Translations under genes and position numbers: made by a program
Shown: positions 46,367-58,662 of the stretch, piece by piece
Position numbering within the stretch: the first letter of the stretch is position 1
Layout of the letters: each line of letters starts with the position of its first letter
NCBI GenBank assembly: GCA_036172245.1
Contig: JAYWIR010000015.1
Location: forward strand, 1,364,001 to 1,428,000
Origin: Raillietiella orientalis
Lineage: Eukaryota
Direction of reading: 5' to 3'
DNA length: 64,000 nucleotides
Notes under the pieces: generated by a model
What the model was told of the DNA's origin: nothing
The model's input: the letters and a program-made list of their open reading frames with translations, nothing else
Database searches by the model: none

Positions 46367-47352
46367 GTAAGTGTCTTCGCCGCATCCTCGTTCGGGCAGG
46401 TGATGTGGAAGGGGGGAGGGGGATGACCTCGCCTCGTGTCCTCTCCGTCGCGTGCCAAACGCGCTCCCGCGGGCACCCGGCGGTTGTCACGGGCGGGGGC
46501 GCGGGAAGATGCGCGCGCGCGCGCCGAGCGCGGAGGACTTTGATGGATGGCCCGGTCCGGGAGACTGAGTCTTCCCGGTGATCGTGCGCGCTCGGTCCCG
46601 TCCCACGCTCGCTCGGGGGGAGGAGCAGAAGGAGGGGCGAGAAGAAGCTTTGTTTGTTTTTCGGGAGCGGAACCAGGAGACGGGAACAAGCGACTGGAAA
46701 ACGAGGCCGCGCGCGTGCCCGCTGCCACAGATCCTGCGGGTGTTTTCCACATCCTCAGCGTCCCTCACAAACCGGTGCGGATTCCAGGACGCTGCTTTTC
46801 GCCGTCTGCTGCTGCTGCTGCTGCTGGAGCGGCGGCGAGTGCCAGCAGCAGCAGCATCAGGACCGAGAACGGAAGTCTGGCTCCGCTCAGAGGCACCCCC
46901 CACCGCCTTCGCTTTCTCCGCGGGGCTGGCGCGCCTCCACCCTTCCTAGCCCCGGTCAGAGGACGACACGTGAGCTCGCGCGCGCACCTCGGGCAGCCCG
47001 GGGGAGGAGGCTGCTGGATGGGTTCCTCTCTCTCTCGGCCCCTGCTCTGGACAGGTCGTTCAGCAACTGAGCATCGTATGCATCCTCGACAAGCAACAAC
47101 GAACTCCCCCGGCTCTGGCCGGCCGAGCGATTGGCCATTTTTGAGTGTGCGCATGCGCGCGCGCGTGTTTTTTTCCCCTTGTTTTGTTTTTTGGTTTTCG
47201 GTTTTCTTTCCCGTCCCCTCCCCCCTCTCCTTTTTGTGTGTGCGTGTGCCTTGACTTAGTCCTCCCCCCCCCCCTCCCTTACCCCTTTCCCCCTGTCCTC
47301 CTCCTCACCCTTGCCGCCATTTTTTATTTGATTTTTTTTCTCTTCATTTCAG

Positions 47353-47520
47353 GTTGAAACTTCTGTCCGACTAGCGAGAAGTTTCTGTCGGTGATTTGTT
47401 GCTTTTCTAATTTATGAGTGATGTTGACGTTAGGTCTGAACGCAGATGGGACGTTTCTATAGATACGCATGCACGGATCTATTTAAAGACGATGGCCAAT
47501 AAAACATTTTTATACGCCCA
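47353..47520 (+). other. Candidate alternative terminal exon with intronic poly(A) site
   Basis: Long U tract and TTTCAG|G acceptor at 47352, AATAAA at 47498-47503, then a GT/T-rich downstream element at about 47524-47595. Confidence 0.45.
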
Positions 47521-50500
47521 CGAGGTGAAGTTCAGTTTTTTTTGTTTTCTTTCGTTTTTTCCTTTTTTTTTGTTTTTGTTTTTTGTTTTGTTTTTAGGAG
47601 GGGGGGCGCCCTTGTCGCTCTTGGTCTCGCGGTCTCCCAGGCTCCCCGCCCGTTCCAAGAGCTGCCGAGCTCCTCCTCCTCTGCCCTGGCCGACGCCGCC
47701 AGCGACTGCCGCGGCGGCGGGCCGGTCCGAGGGGGAAGAAGGGTGGAGGCCATCCCCGCCCCCGTCCCCTGCCGCACTGCTCGAGCCGGCGGGAGGGGGG
47801 GGGGGAGGCGAGCCCGCCTCCGGCCCCTGGTGCTCCCTTCCCTTCGCAAGCGTTCTCCGCTCTGCCCTCCCGAGGGGGCCCAGCCATCCGGGTCGAGAAC
47901 GCGCCCCCCCATCCGACCCGCTTCCCCTCCTCAGGACGCGCGCGCGCGCCGTGGCCCGTACCACTCCCGCGCGCTCTCTTCCAGACCCGCCTGCGCGCAC
48001 GCTCCCCCCCCCCCCCTTTCCATTTCCAGGACGACGGACGACGCTGCTCGGAGTCTCTCCTAGGCGTCCTGGCGTTGCCGAGGCGGCCGCCGAGATTCGA
48101 AGGACGGACGACGACCTTCGCGGTCGTGCCCTAAGGGAAGGCAGGGGGGGGGAGGGAGAGAAGGGAAATCGCGTCCGTTCCCTTCGTCACACGCACGAAG
48201 GGTCGCGACCCCTGCTGCTGACCACTATTACCACTACGCTCGGAAGGCGTAGCGACGCTGCGCAAGGTGCGCCATCGGGGCACCAGGAGGGCCGTCCGCT
48301 CCTCTCCCGCAGGGACCCCACCCGGCAGCCGCCGCCGTCTCCCTCCCCTCACTTCACTGCGCTCTCCCTTAGGGGAAGCTCCGACCCGCACGTCGTCCAC
48401 CCCGCCCTTCCTCCCCGCGCCCGCCTCGCTGCCCCTGTACGAGCCCCCCAGGAGGCATGTCCTTGACCTCCGCGTGAAGGAGCACGAGCGGCGACCTCTC
48501 GAGAAGGTCCCCTTAGGAAAAGGAAAGGTGCCGCCCCCAGTTCCCGAGTACCTCTCGAGACTTACCAAAAGGGAGCCGCTCCTCCCTGCATCTTTCTTAA
48601 CCCCGAGCATCTCCAGGGTGGGAGGAAGGTCGTCCCCTCCTCGCTCTCCTGAAGGATTCTCCGCTTGGGGGACCTGGAAGGGTGAAGATGGGGTGCCCAC
48701 TACAGTTCCCGGAGCTGGGGCAGCGAGTCAAGGACTGCGGGAATGGGCCCGGGGAACCCCGTCCCTTGCACGTGAAGAATTTGCCCCCGTTCTCATCGGG
48801 ATGACCAGAGGAGCTGGCAGTGAGGGAGAGGGGCCTCGCTGGGGTGCTGCCTCGCTCCCCTGACGTCCTCCGGGCACTCCTGCCCGAGGAGGAGGGGATC
48901 CACGCAGGCGCGGCGGTGGAGAGGGGGGTTAGATGAGGAGAAGGACAAGTGCCTTCGGCCCGTTTTTCGGCTCCACTTCCTCTTCCTCTCCCTCTCCCAC
49001 TCTTTCGTTTCCATGCAGTAGCAGCTCGGCGGTCGCCACCAAAGATCGGTGGCGGTCGCATGGTCGCTGCGCTCCTCCTCCCCCCGGGGGGTATCCGTCT
49101 AAAGGCCGCTCCCAGGGACAAAAGGGACTAGGGGGCGAGAAAGGACCGCCGGTCCGGCGTCGCGCAGTCCTTTCTCTCCCCCTTGTGTACTCCCCCGGGA
49201 GATCCTCCGCCAGCGGAGGGCCTCGGTGGTGCGCGCGCGATTCGGCAGCGTCTCCCCCTCCGCTCCTCTCTACGCCGGTCCCTCGACGGTCGCCTACGGT
49301 CGGAAGATGAATGAAGGGGTCGTGGCCTTTTTTTTTTTTTTTCGTTTCCTTTCCTTTTCTTCTTCGTCGGTGGAGGAATGCGAGGGAGGAGGAGGAGGCT
49401 GAGATCCCGTCCCGTACCACCTTTTGTTACGCGCCGGGACCCTCCGCCTGCTTTTTCTTTTCTTTATTCCCCTCTCCCCGCCTTTTTTTTTTTTTTTCTC
49501 CTCCTCCTTTTTTTTTTTGTTTACGGCGCGTCCGGCCTCACGGAGTCAACGTGGGCGCGCGCCCGCTGCTCCTCCTGGCGAACAGCTCGCGCGCTTTCGC
49601 CGGGTTGACCCCTTTTTTCCGAGTCTGTTTTTCCCACGACGAAGGGAAGGGTCGCGCACGTAGCGGGAGAGGGAGGCGGGGGAGGGGAGGGGTCCCGTCG
49701 CTCCGTGGCCGCCGCCCCGACGGGACGAGGTCGCAACGCTGGAGGCGTGCGATCCCGCTTGCGTGCCAGCCGCGAGGGCCCGAGCACGCCGCGGTCAGGT
49801 GGTCCCCTCTCGGAAGGGTGGAGGCGATGCGCGAGCGCGCGTGCGTGTGCAGGGAAGAGGGTAGTGGAAAGGCGAGACCGACAGGGAAGGGATCAGGAAG
49901 GGAAAGGAAGAGAGACGCTCATCTGCAGCCCCCCCCCCCTCCTCCCTCTTCTCCCGGAGCGCCGTTTCCGTCTGGCTCTCCCCGCTTCCTGCGCGCGCTC
50001 ACGCTCCCTCCCCCCCGCGTCTCTCGAGAGGCTGCCGCGCGCTGGAGCTGTCAAGCCCGGTGCGCATCGCAGGCATTCCGAGCGCCCCAATTAATCCGAG
50101 GAACCCACGCAACGCGCGCCCGCTGCCTCCCCCTTCGCCTGGCGTTTACGACCGGTTAGCCGGACGCGCGCGCGAGAGGGAGGAGGAGGGGAGGGTGGTG
50201 GTGGTGGAAGGAAGGAAGGAAGGAGGGGGTTCACCGGCGGCGAGTCTGCTGAAAAAATCTCTGTCCTTCACCGCCGCCGCCTCCGACCGTCCCCCTGCCC
50301 CCGTCACGTGTCCAAGGCAGCCGCGTGTCCCGGATGGGTCGGCGGCTACCGCCATGGGAGCTTCCCCATCCCTGACTTGCACGGAATGACTCCCTGCTTC
50401 GCCCCCGCGAGTTCGCTGCGTCCTCGTCGCTTTGTTTTCCCTCGCCCTTCTTTCTCCTTCCTTTCCTCTTCCTCCGAGATTTCCTCCCCACGCGCCGCTT

Positions 50501-53500
50501 CCCGGGCCTGCCTAGTAAATCACTCCCAGGCGCGAACACGAAGCCCGCCTGGAAAACTGCCTCACTTTCGGACGTGCGCTCTCGCGCGCGAGCACCCCGA
50601 CTCGGTCACGCCTCGAGTGACATCTATTTCCGAAAAGAGATGCGTCCTTCTTCGCCCGGCTCGGGCGGCAGCGCACCTACCCGTCTGCCTCCAGCTGCTG
50701 CTGCCGCTGCCCCTCTTTCTCTCTTGCTACGCGCTGGACGTGCATTTTTGGGGAGGGGGGAGGGAGGAGAGGGGGAGGATTGCTTGAACGCGCGGCACCT
50801 TTCATTCGCGTTTCCCCTCCGCTCGCGTAGGCCGTCACCATGGAAACCCCCGCTGAACCACGCGGCGGTTTCCATGCCGAAGCGGGTGCCGCGCATTGTT
50901 GCCGCCGCTCGCTCAACGCGCGCCTCCCCCGCCTTCGAGCGGGGGAAGAAACGGCTGCGTTCGGTAGTTCGGATGCGAGATCTGTCGTGAAAGTGATGCT
51001 TCCCGGATCTGCGCCCTGCTCCCCATCCTCGGAAATGATCCCGCGAAGGTTTCATCCTACGCTGAGCGTGTGTGTAGGCCGGCAGACTGGATGAGGTACG
51101 AGAACAGTAGATGAAAACGCTGCTGGCCACTCGGTGTTTTGTCAGGGGACAATTAGGTCTTCTCCTGTTTCTTACTTCCTTTCATTTTTTTTTCTTTCTT
51201 TCTGTTTTTGCGTGCGCGTTTGTTTGTTTGCTTGCTTCCTTCCTTCCTTCCTTCCTCCTTTCTCCCCTCCCCCCTCCCCACTCTTCGCAAACAGTCGAAC
51301 ATCCATCAAATTCTTGATTAGGATAGGGATCGGCGCATACTGACGTGTTGCTCAGATTGAATGACAATCAAATCGTAATGAGACTGATGAATGCCGCCAG
51401 ATGACGAGTCTCATCGCATCTTTTTTTTTTTTTTTTCTTTTTTTTCCCCTTCCCCCTCTCCCATCTTTTGCGAAGATTCATTTGTTAGAGCTGAATCAGC
51501 AGAATGCCCTCCCCCGTCTTTCCCTCCCGAAAACTCGTAACGCGATGTGCTGCGAGGCACGCACTGTGGCGAAACGCGAAAGAAGGGGGGGGGGGGGGGG
51601 AAAGCCGAAGAAGAAAAAAAAAAAAGATATAAGGAAGGATCTCATAACGCCATGCGTTATCATCATTACTTCAATCCTTCATTAATCGTGAAAGCGAACG
51701 ATCGCCTGGCCGCAGCCGTTGCAGCGGTGCCTTCGCCATTTTGCGCGTGTCGTGTGTGTTGTTTCCTTTCTTCTGAGTCTTGGATTTCCACCTCCAGTGT
51801 ACCAGTTTCGGATTCCCATGCATCGTGATAACACGAAGCGATAATTAGGCGCTTGGAAAGTCCCCTCGGCAACCGAGCACGTGGTGGACGCGTTGGCGGG
51901 AGGATCTGCTGCTGCTGCTGCGCTCCAATCGGTTGGGACGCCGGGGCAGGCCGGAAGCGCGAGAAAAAGAACGCTGCGTCGGCGGCTGGGCGTCCGATGC
52001 CCTGTCTCCCGGGTGACGCTGGTTCGTCCGGCGGCGGTCTCGGCGTCGCCGTCGTGTCGCTCCTCGATGAGCCGCCGTCGCCACCGCGACGAGAGAGCCC
52101 GCGGCAGCCGCCATCTCTCGGCGGCCGTGCGAAGCACCCGCGCTCTCGCGGGGCCCGGTTTCGCTCCTCCCCCGATGGCGATGCTAGACAGCAGCAGACC
52201 ATTCCACCACTACCAACCCCCGCCACCCCGGGAGGCGGCATGCGAGGATCGACCAGAGCGGGAGAGTGAGAGGGTGGCTGCTCTCGCGCCGCCGTAGGGA
52301 AGGACGCCCTTCTTCCAGTGCGCCTCTTCGGTCGGGCGCTGAGCAGCAACCTCCTCCTCGCGTTCCTTCCTGTGCCGCCCCCGGAGCGAACGGCGGGAGG
52401 GGGAGGAGGGCATCCCTCCCTCCCCCTCCGCCCATTGTTCGACTTCCGGAGCTCCCGCGGGGGGGACGCGGCTCCGTAGGAGTCCCCCTCCTTTCTTCTT
52501 CTTGCGAGGGGAGGGGGGAGAGCTTGGGGGAGGCCCCTTTCTTCTCCTCTCCCTCTCGTTCCCCCTGGAAGCCTCCCTCCCTCCCCTTTTTCTCCCTCCT
52601 TCCCAAGGACACCGGTCGGCCCCGCCGGCGATGCCATGTTTCGGGAAAACGAGGGACTCCTCGACCCCCTCGCACGAAAGACGCACAAAGGGGTCTCGGG
52701 CGATCTCCGGGAGGGATGCGGCGTCTTTCGGAGGATGGAAGGAGGCGACGAGATTCCTTTCGGGGAGGAAGACTTTACTTCCGGGAAATTCCGTCCCTCG
52801 GAAGTAGAGGTAGAGGGAAGGCACGTCTGCTTCCCAGGAGCGGCAGGGTCCCGAACGGGTGTGGAGCCGGAGGACCCCCCGGGACACCGGACGGCCCTCC
52901 AGAAGGAGGGGAGCCACCTCCCTTGTCTTCATCCCCTTCATCTTCAGAAGGAGGGGGGGGGGATATTCCGGCGTCCGCGAGGTCCGAAAGGACGGCTCTG
53001 GGATGAACAAGGAGGGAGGGGAGAGGAGGAAGAACCCTTTTCCGGCCGGGTGGGCTGCTCCCGGAAGAGGCAACTCCGGAGCCGGTTTCCCCGGAGTAAA
53101 ACCCGGAAGGCCGCCCCCTCCCTCCGGCGGTAGGAAGGCGAGGAACGGGGACACGAGCCACGTACCGTGCGTCCCCCGCCGCTCTCTCCCCTTCTCCAAG
53201 GTTACGACGCTCGAGGGTAAGGGGCTGTCGCATCTCTGCGTCTCCCCGCCTGAGGGAGAACCCCCATCCCAGCGGGGAGCTTCTCGCAGCAAGTCTCCGC
53301 TCCCGGCACCCGGACGTTCTCCTCGCTCCATCCCCACGAGCCCCTTCCTCCCCCGGGAGGTCCGTTTTTTTTCCTTTTTCACCCCGTCCATTCCGCTGCC
53401 TCCTCCCCCTGCAGGGGGAGAGGGGGAGGAGAAAGGGGACAGTCCCTCGGAGCGGTTCCCTAGGCTCTCAGCCCATAGCACCTCTTCGTCTCCCCCCACC

Positions 53501-55212
53501 CCCTCGAAGGAGGGGAGGAGAGAGAACGTTCCAGTCCCACCTTCACGGTTCCACCTGGCTTAAGACGTCCTCGGGGGATGATGGCCAGGTACTGCGAAGG
53601 AGGTGTCGCGCTGCCCCCCCGCCCCCCTCCTCCTGCTTCTCGGCCCGCTGAGGAGAGGGACGGCTCTCCGGGACAAAGTAAAAAAAAAAAAAAAAGGAGG
53701 GGGGGAGGGGCTTTGCGAGCTGGAGGTGTGCAGAAGGGCGGTGGATGCGGTTCCCAAGGCGGATCGCTTCCTCTCCTGCCTCCCCCCATCTCCGCTGCGG
53801 CGACGGGCGGAGCAGCGGCAGCTCCCTCCGCAGCCGCCCCGGGAGTTCCTTCCTCTCCGCGACCGGCGGTCTCCTGTTGCGCCCGCCTGCCGTTCCCCTT
53901 CGAGTGCGCGCCGAGACCCCGACGGGGTCGCGAACGCGGAGGGAGCTCTCGGACGCGCGCTCCGCTCTCTCTCTCTCTCTCGTCCCTCCGCGACAGCGCA
54001 TGCGCACGCCTCCTTCCGGGAGAAGAGAAGGAGGAGGAGGAGGGCGCAGGAATTCCATTCACGAAAGCCGCACGGGGCTTCCGGAGGGTGCAAAAAAAAC
54101 ACACACACACACGCACAGCAGCGTCGTCGTCGTGGTCAGCAGCAGCAGCAGCAACAAAAAGTCCGCCCTGACCACCACCGGCACGTTTGCCAGGCACTTG
54201 GGCGCGAAGGACCCGGACCGGGGAGCTGCGGACGAGGCGAGCGCAGCTTTTGGGGGGCGAACCGACGGATGGTTGCTTCCACCTCTGACCTCCTCCGCCC
54301 CTCTTCCACGCGTGGGAGCGGCCCGGACGTCCTCCGCTTCCCCTGCCTCCGGGAACGGGAGAGCGCGGAAGGAGCAAGCAGAGGCGGCGGCGGTGGCGCG
54401 CGCGCGCGTTCGCTGGCGCATGACGGCCGTCCGCGCGCGTGAACGCGTCGAAGCACGCAAAGTGTCAGAGCGTGCGCGCGCGGAGAGCGCGTGCATCGTC
54501 AGCATTCGATTAGCTTTGTGGAGCATCTGCGGGACTGAGTTAGGAGGTCGCGTAAATCTTCCTCCATGGCGACGCGTATCGATCTCTCCCACTTTGTTGT
54601 TTCGATCTCGGAGAGGGTGGGGGAAGGGCCGCCGCGCCGGCGTGACCCCGGTGATGCCGTTTGTTTGCATTCGCTGGCGCACACACTTTTTCTTTTTCCT
54701 CCCTTTTTTATTTTCATGCCCATTTCGTCTCGTTTCATTTTCGCCCGGGAAGGAGCTCGGAGGGAGACGGCACGCGGAGAGAAGACGTGAAAACGGCAGG
54801 AGGAAAAGGAAAAAAAAAAGAAAAGGAAAACCCACCCACGCGCACACACGAAAATTCGTACTCCACAAAGCGCTTCCGAAACGCACACTTTCCAAACCGA
54901 AGCGCGCGTCTCTCCCTCCCTCTCCATGGAAACGGCGTAGGCGCCGGCCGTGATTGGCCGCAGCTTCTTCTCACGTCGGGAAAAAATCACTTTCCAGTTA
55001 TCTGGAAAGAAAGATTGTTATATGAAAGTACGAAAGTACGCGTGCATAATGGATTAGAAGTTGATCACATGTGAGCTCAGATTAGCCCACATACCTCGGA
55101 GCGGGCGATTACCATATTTGTGTTTGACCGACACTGCCGTATGATGAGGAGTTATGCTAATCAGCTTTAAAATACGTCGTCGTCGTCATCGGCGGCGGCG
55201 GGGGGAGGGGGG

Positions 55213-55213
<1 letters not shown>

Positions 55214-55248
<35 letters not shown>
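55214..55248. repeat. (GT)n microsatellite
   Basis: Perfect GT dinucleotide run. Confidence 0.97.
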
Positions 55249-55254
<6 letters not shown>

Positions 55255-57579
55255 ACGGGGGGGGGGATAGGCAGGAAAGACAGGAAAAAAGAAAGAAAGG
55301 GAGGGAGGGAGAGCTGAAAACGAAAAGCGTCCGCGAGTGCCCCGGAGGACCTTCGGCGGCGGCGGCGGCGGCGGGCTGCATGGGTTCCCTCCTCCTCTTC
55401 GCGTCCCGAGCGAGCGCCCTCCGCTTTTTCCTTTCTTTCCTTTGGTAGCGTTCAGCGCAGAGGAAAAAGCGACGGCGGCATCCGAAAAATGTGTTGGGAA
55501 AATTCGGCTGATGGCGTCGTCCTCGGACCGGCGGAGACGTTGTTGTTGCTGCTGTTTGTCTTTTCCTTTTGGTTCGGGAGGGGAGGGGGAGGCGAGTGCG
55601 TGGGTTACGTGGCCCGGGTCGAGAAGACCGCTCCGCGAGACGGACGGGCTGCTGGCGAGATGCAGTCCTCGTTCCTCCCCACGACGGCAGCCCGCAAGAA
55701 AATACGGCTGGAGTGGGAAATCGGGAACGGATTCCATTGCGCCGGGCGCGCGGTTTGCGGTTCTTTCCCTCGGCGCGTCGCGCAGGCACCAAACAAACAC
55801 CTTCATAAACAAAACGCTCGTTGAAGCGACCTTTGATTTAATGTGTTTATGTGATCCGAAACGACTGAACAGTGTTTGCTCGATTCCTTTTTATCTCCGC
55901 GTTTCGTGTTCCCCTGCGTCCTCGCATCCCGGAGCTCTCGTGCACTCCGAAACCGAACGGAGAGGAAGACCGTCCCTTCCTGCGTGGGATGCCGGCGCGC
56001 TTCCGTCGGAGTGGGCCCATCCGCCGCCGCCGAAGACCGGGGAGGCGGGGGAGGGGACACCCCACGGTAAACGGTAATCCCATCCCGAAGAGCCGCAGAA
56101 CACATAAATCTCCACGGGACGGGAATAAATAATTTGGAAGGGGGGGGGGGATAGGAGGGGGTTGGAAGGGAAACGCCAGCGTGCAAAAAAAAATCCGAAA
56201 GAGGAATAATAGGGAATAAAATAAGTCGACTGAGGAGGAAAGAACGCGCTTCGTCAGGATTCGGGACGGGGAAGGCTGCTGCTGCTGCGGCGAAGAGTTG
56301 TACCGTACGCGCGCGTATGTACGCTGCTGCTGCGCGCACGTTCGGCTCGCGGCGGATGGAACGGAACGTTGGCCAGGAAACGGCGCGCATGGCACTCATA
56401 AAGCGCGTGTGTCGCGCGCGCGGAGCGTACTTGGGTGTCCTCTGATTTTGGAGGTGGCAAAAAGAAAGAGGGGGGGGGGGGAAGGAAGAAGAAGAAGAAG
56501 AAAAAAAATTGCCGCGCGCGAAATGTTCCCGGTTCCGAGAGGGGTTTTTTCTCTCTCCTTTTTTTTTCCTTGGAGGGGGGGGGGAGAGGGGGGGTGCTCC
56601 CGAGTTCAACAACACTGGCGGGAAAGGCAAAGCGCGCGCGATTTATCCGCGGCGCGCGGACTGCGTATCAATGCGGCGGCGGTGGAAAGTGCCGCGCAAT
56701 TTCCAAGTGGTTTTCAACTTTCCTGTTTGCTCGATGATTTCTTCATTTCGGAAAAGCAGCTCGGAAAGAGAAGCAAACTTTATTGAGGTACTTTATTCCA
56801 TCATTCTAATTTCTTGTTTTTCCTTTCCTCTCTCTCTCTCTCTCTCTCGCTCCCCCCCCCCTCCCTCTCTCTTATTTTCTCTTCCTTTTTTTTTTTTTTT
56901 TTTTTTTTTGCATGGTTAGTTCAATAAGTCCTCGTCGCGAATGGCGAAGCTCAGAATTTTTAAATGAAGCAGTGGTGCGCATGGCAACAGATTGCCAGAT
57001 CATGATTGGATAGGGAAGCAGCAGCCGAAACACTATTGCTAATTGGTGTGTTTGTCAGCCCAGTCGTGCCACCTATTTAGGAAACTAAGTACTTCGTTTT
57101 AGCTTTGCAGAAACCGATGGCAAAAAAAAAGGTGCGAAAAGGAGGAGAGTACACTTTCCTACTGTGATCTGTAATTCACTCGAGCAGCAGCAGCAGCAGC
57201 AGCAGGTACTCGGATCCCTCCTCCGTTCTCGCCTGGCTCTGACCTGTGACACAGCAGAAAAGCAATAGCCGCGTTTCAACGGGGGGAATCTTTTAATTAG
57301 AAAGTCGCTGATAAGCTGGCCGATAAAAAAAGATTTATATGTGTACGCAAAGGCGTCCCTCCCCCCCTCCCCATTAGAATACCAAACGTGACGCTCACGT
57401 ACAGAAGTTACACGCGTTCTATTGATCGTGAGTGTGATTCGACAGCTCAGCGTAGTCGTCGCCCGTCGCGTCAAATGAATGCAAATCGCGACCGTAGCCC
57501 GGCGGCGTCAGCTCTTAGCCCCGCGACTCGACTCGATCCCTGTTTTTTTTTTTTTCTTCTTCTTCTTCCCTCCCTCCCT

Positions 57580-57584
<5 letters not shown>

Positions 57585-57618
<34 letters not shown>

Positions 57619-57658
57619 ACTCACTCACTCACTCACTCTCTCTCTCTCTCTCTCTCTC
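57585..57658. repeat. (CT)n-(CTCA)n-(CT)n compound microsatellite
   Basis: Directly visible. Confidence 0.95.
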
Positions 57659-58662
57659 CCCCCCCCCGCCTTGTTTTTACAACCCGCCTCGATCCGGGTT
57701 GAAGTCGCCTTTCACGATGCTTCCGGAACGTTCTTTCGCCGGGCATCTCTCATCGGGACGGCGGCGCCCAACACAACCCTGGCGGCGGCTGCGCGCGTGC
57801 ACGCAGTCCAGGCTTTTCCCTCCTTCTCTCACCTCCACGAACGGTTTGCGGGAGCGAGGCGAAGGAAGGAAGGAAAAGCAGAGGGGAAGCCGCCGCATCT
57901 GCGAAAGAGAACCTGCGCTCGTGTACGGACTGACAGGTCTGGGGTGTCGCCTGGTGCACGACCGGGCGGGCCGCTTGCCCGCGCACCTCCTCCGCCGAAA
58001 GCGGGGCTGCCCCACTGATCTTTGGAGTCCATTCCTCCTTGCGCACGTGCCTGCAGCACCTCCTCCCCGTGAAGCCCTGGGCCTGGGAGGTCAGCAACGC
58101 GCGCCGCGAATCTCCTGGACGCCGGATGCGCGCTCGAAGGAAGTCCTCGGGAAAAAAAGAGGGAGGCGCAAGGAGTGGCCCCCTTTCTTGCGGAGACCGC
58201 CTGTCGCGTGAAGGTCTCTCTGCCGGGTGTGGTCGCCAGAGTGGGCAGCGCCTGGAAACTGTTTCCCCTGGCGGACTGCCGCAAGCTCACCGGGGATCCA
58301 CTGAGGATCTGGAAACTCCCTCCTCCTCCTCTCCCCCTTCCAGTCGGGATCCCGGAAGGGGAACCAGAGACTGCTTTCGCTAGGGCTTGCGGACGGGCGG
58401 GTCGTCGGCCGTCTTCGAGGGACTGCCGTCGCAAAGCCTTCCTGTCGAGTCATGCTTTTACCTCTGGACATCCCGACTCCGGACCCGACTTTCGCCCCAA
58501 AGACTCCCTAGGGACGAGTCGTTCCCTCCCTCCCACCCAACCCCTTTCTCCCTTCGTCCCTGTTCTGCGCGGGGGGATTCACAAAAGTCCCGCGGGACGC
58601 CACCGCTGCTCCCTACCGGAGCGAGAAGATCTTCCGCCAGTGATGGGACCTGTGTTTTCCAG

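Larger units (their letters stand above)
46367..58662 (+). other. zfh2 last intron (about 12.3 kb, GT-AG, phase 1); may contain alternative exons
   Basis: GTAAGT donor and ttttccAG acceptor with matching phase; the interior is low-complexity sequence with AT-rich islands. Confidence 0.78.

Noticed and set aside
48440..48860. LDLRVKEHERR resembling a Penelope GIY-YIG motif
   Set aside because: Single short match with no GIY/YIG or RT context; could be transposon debris but is not supportable
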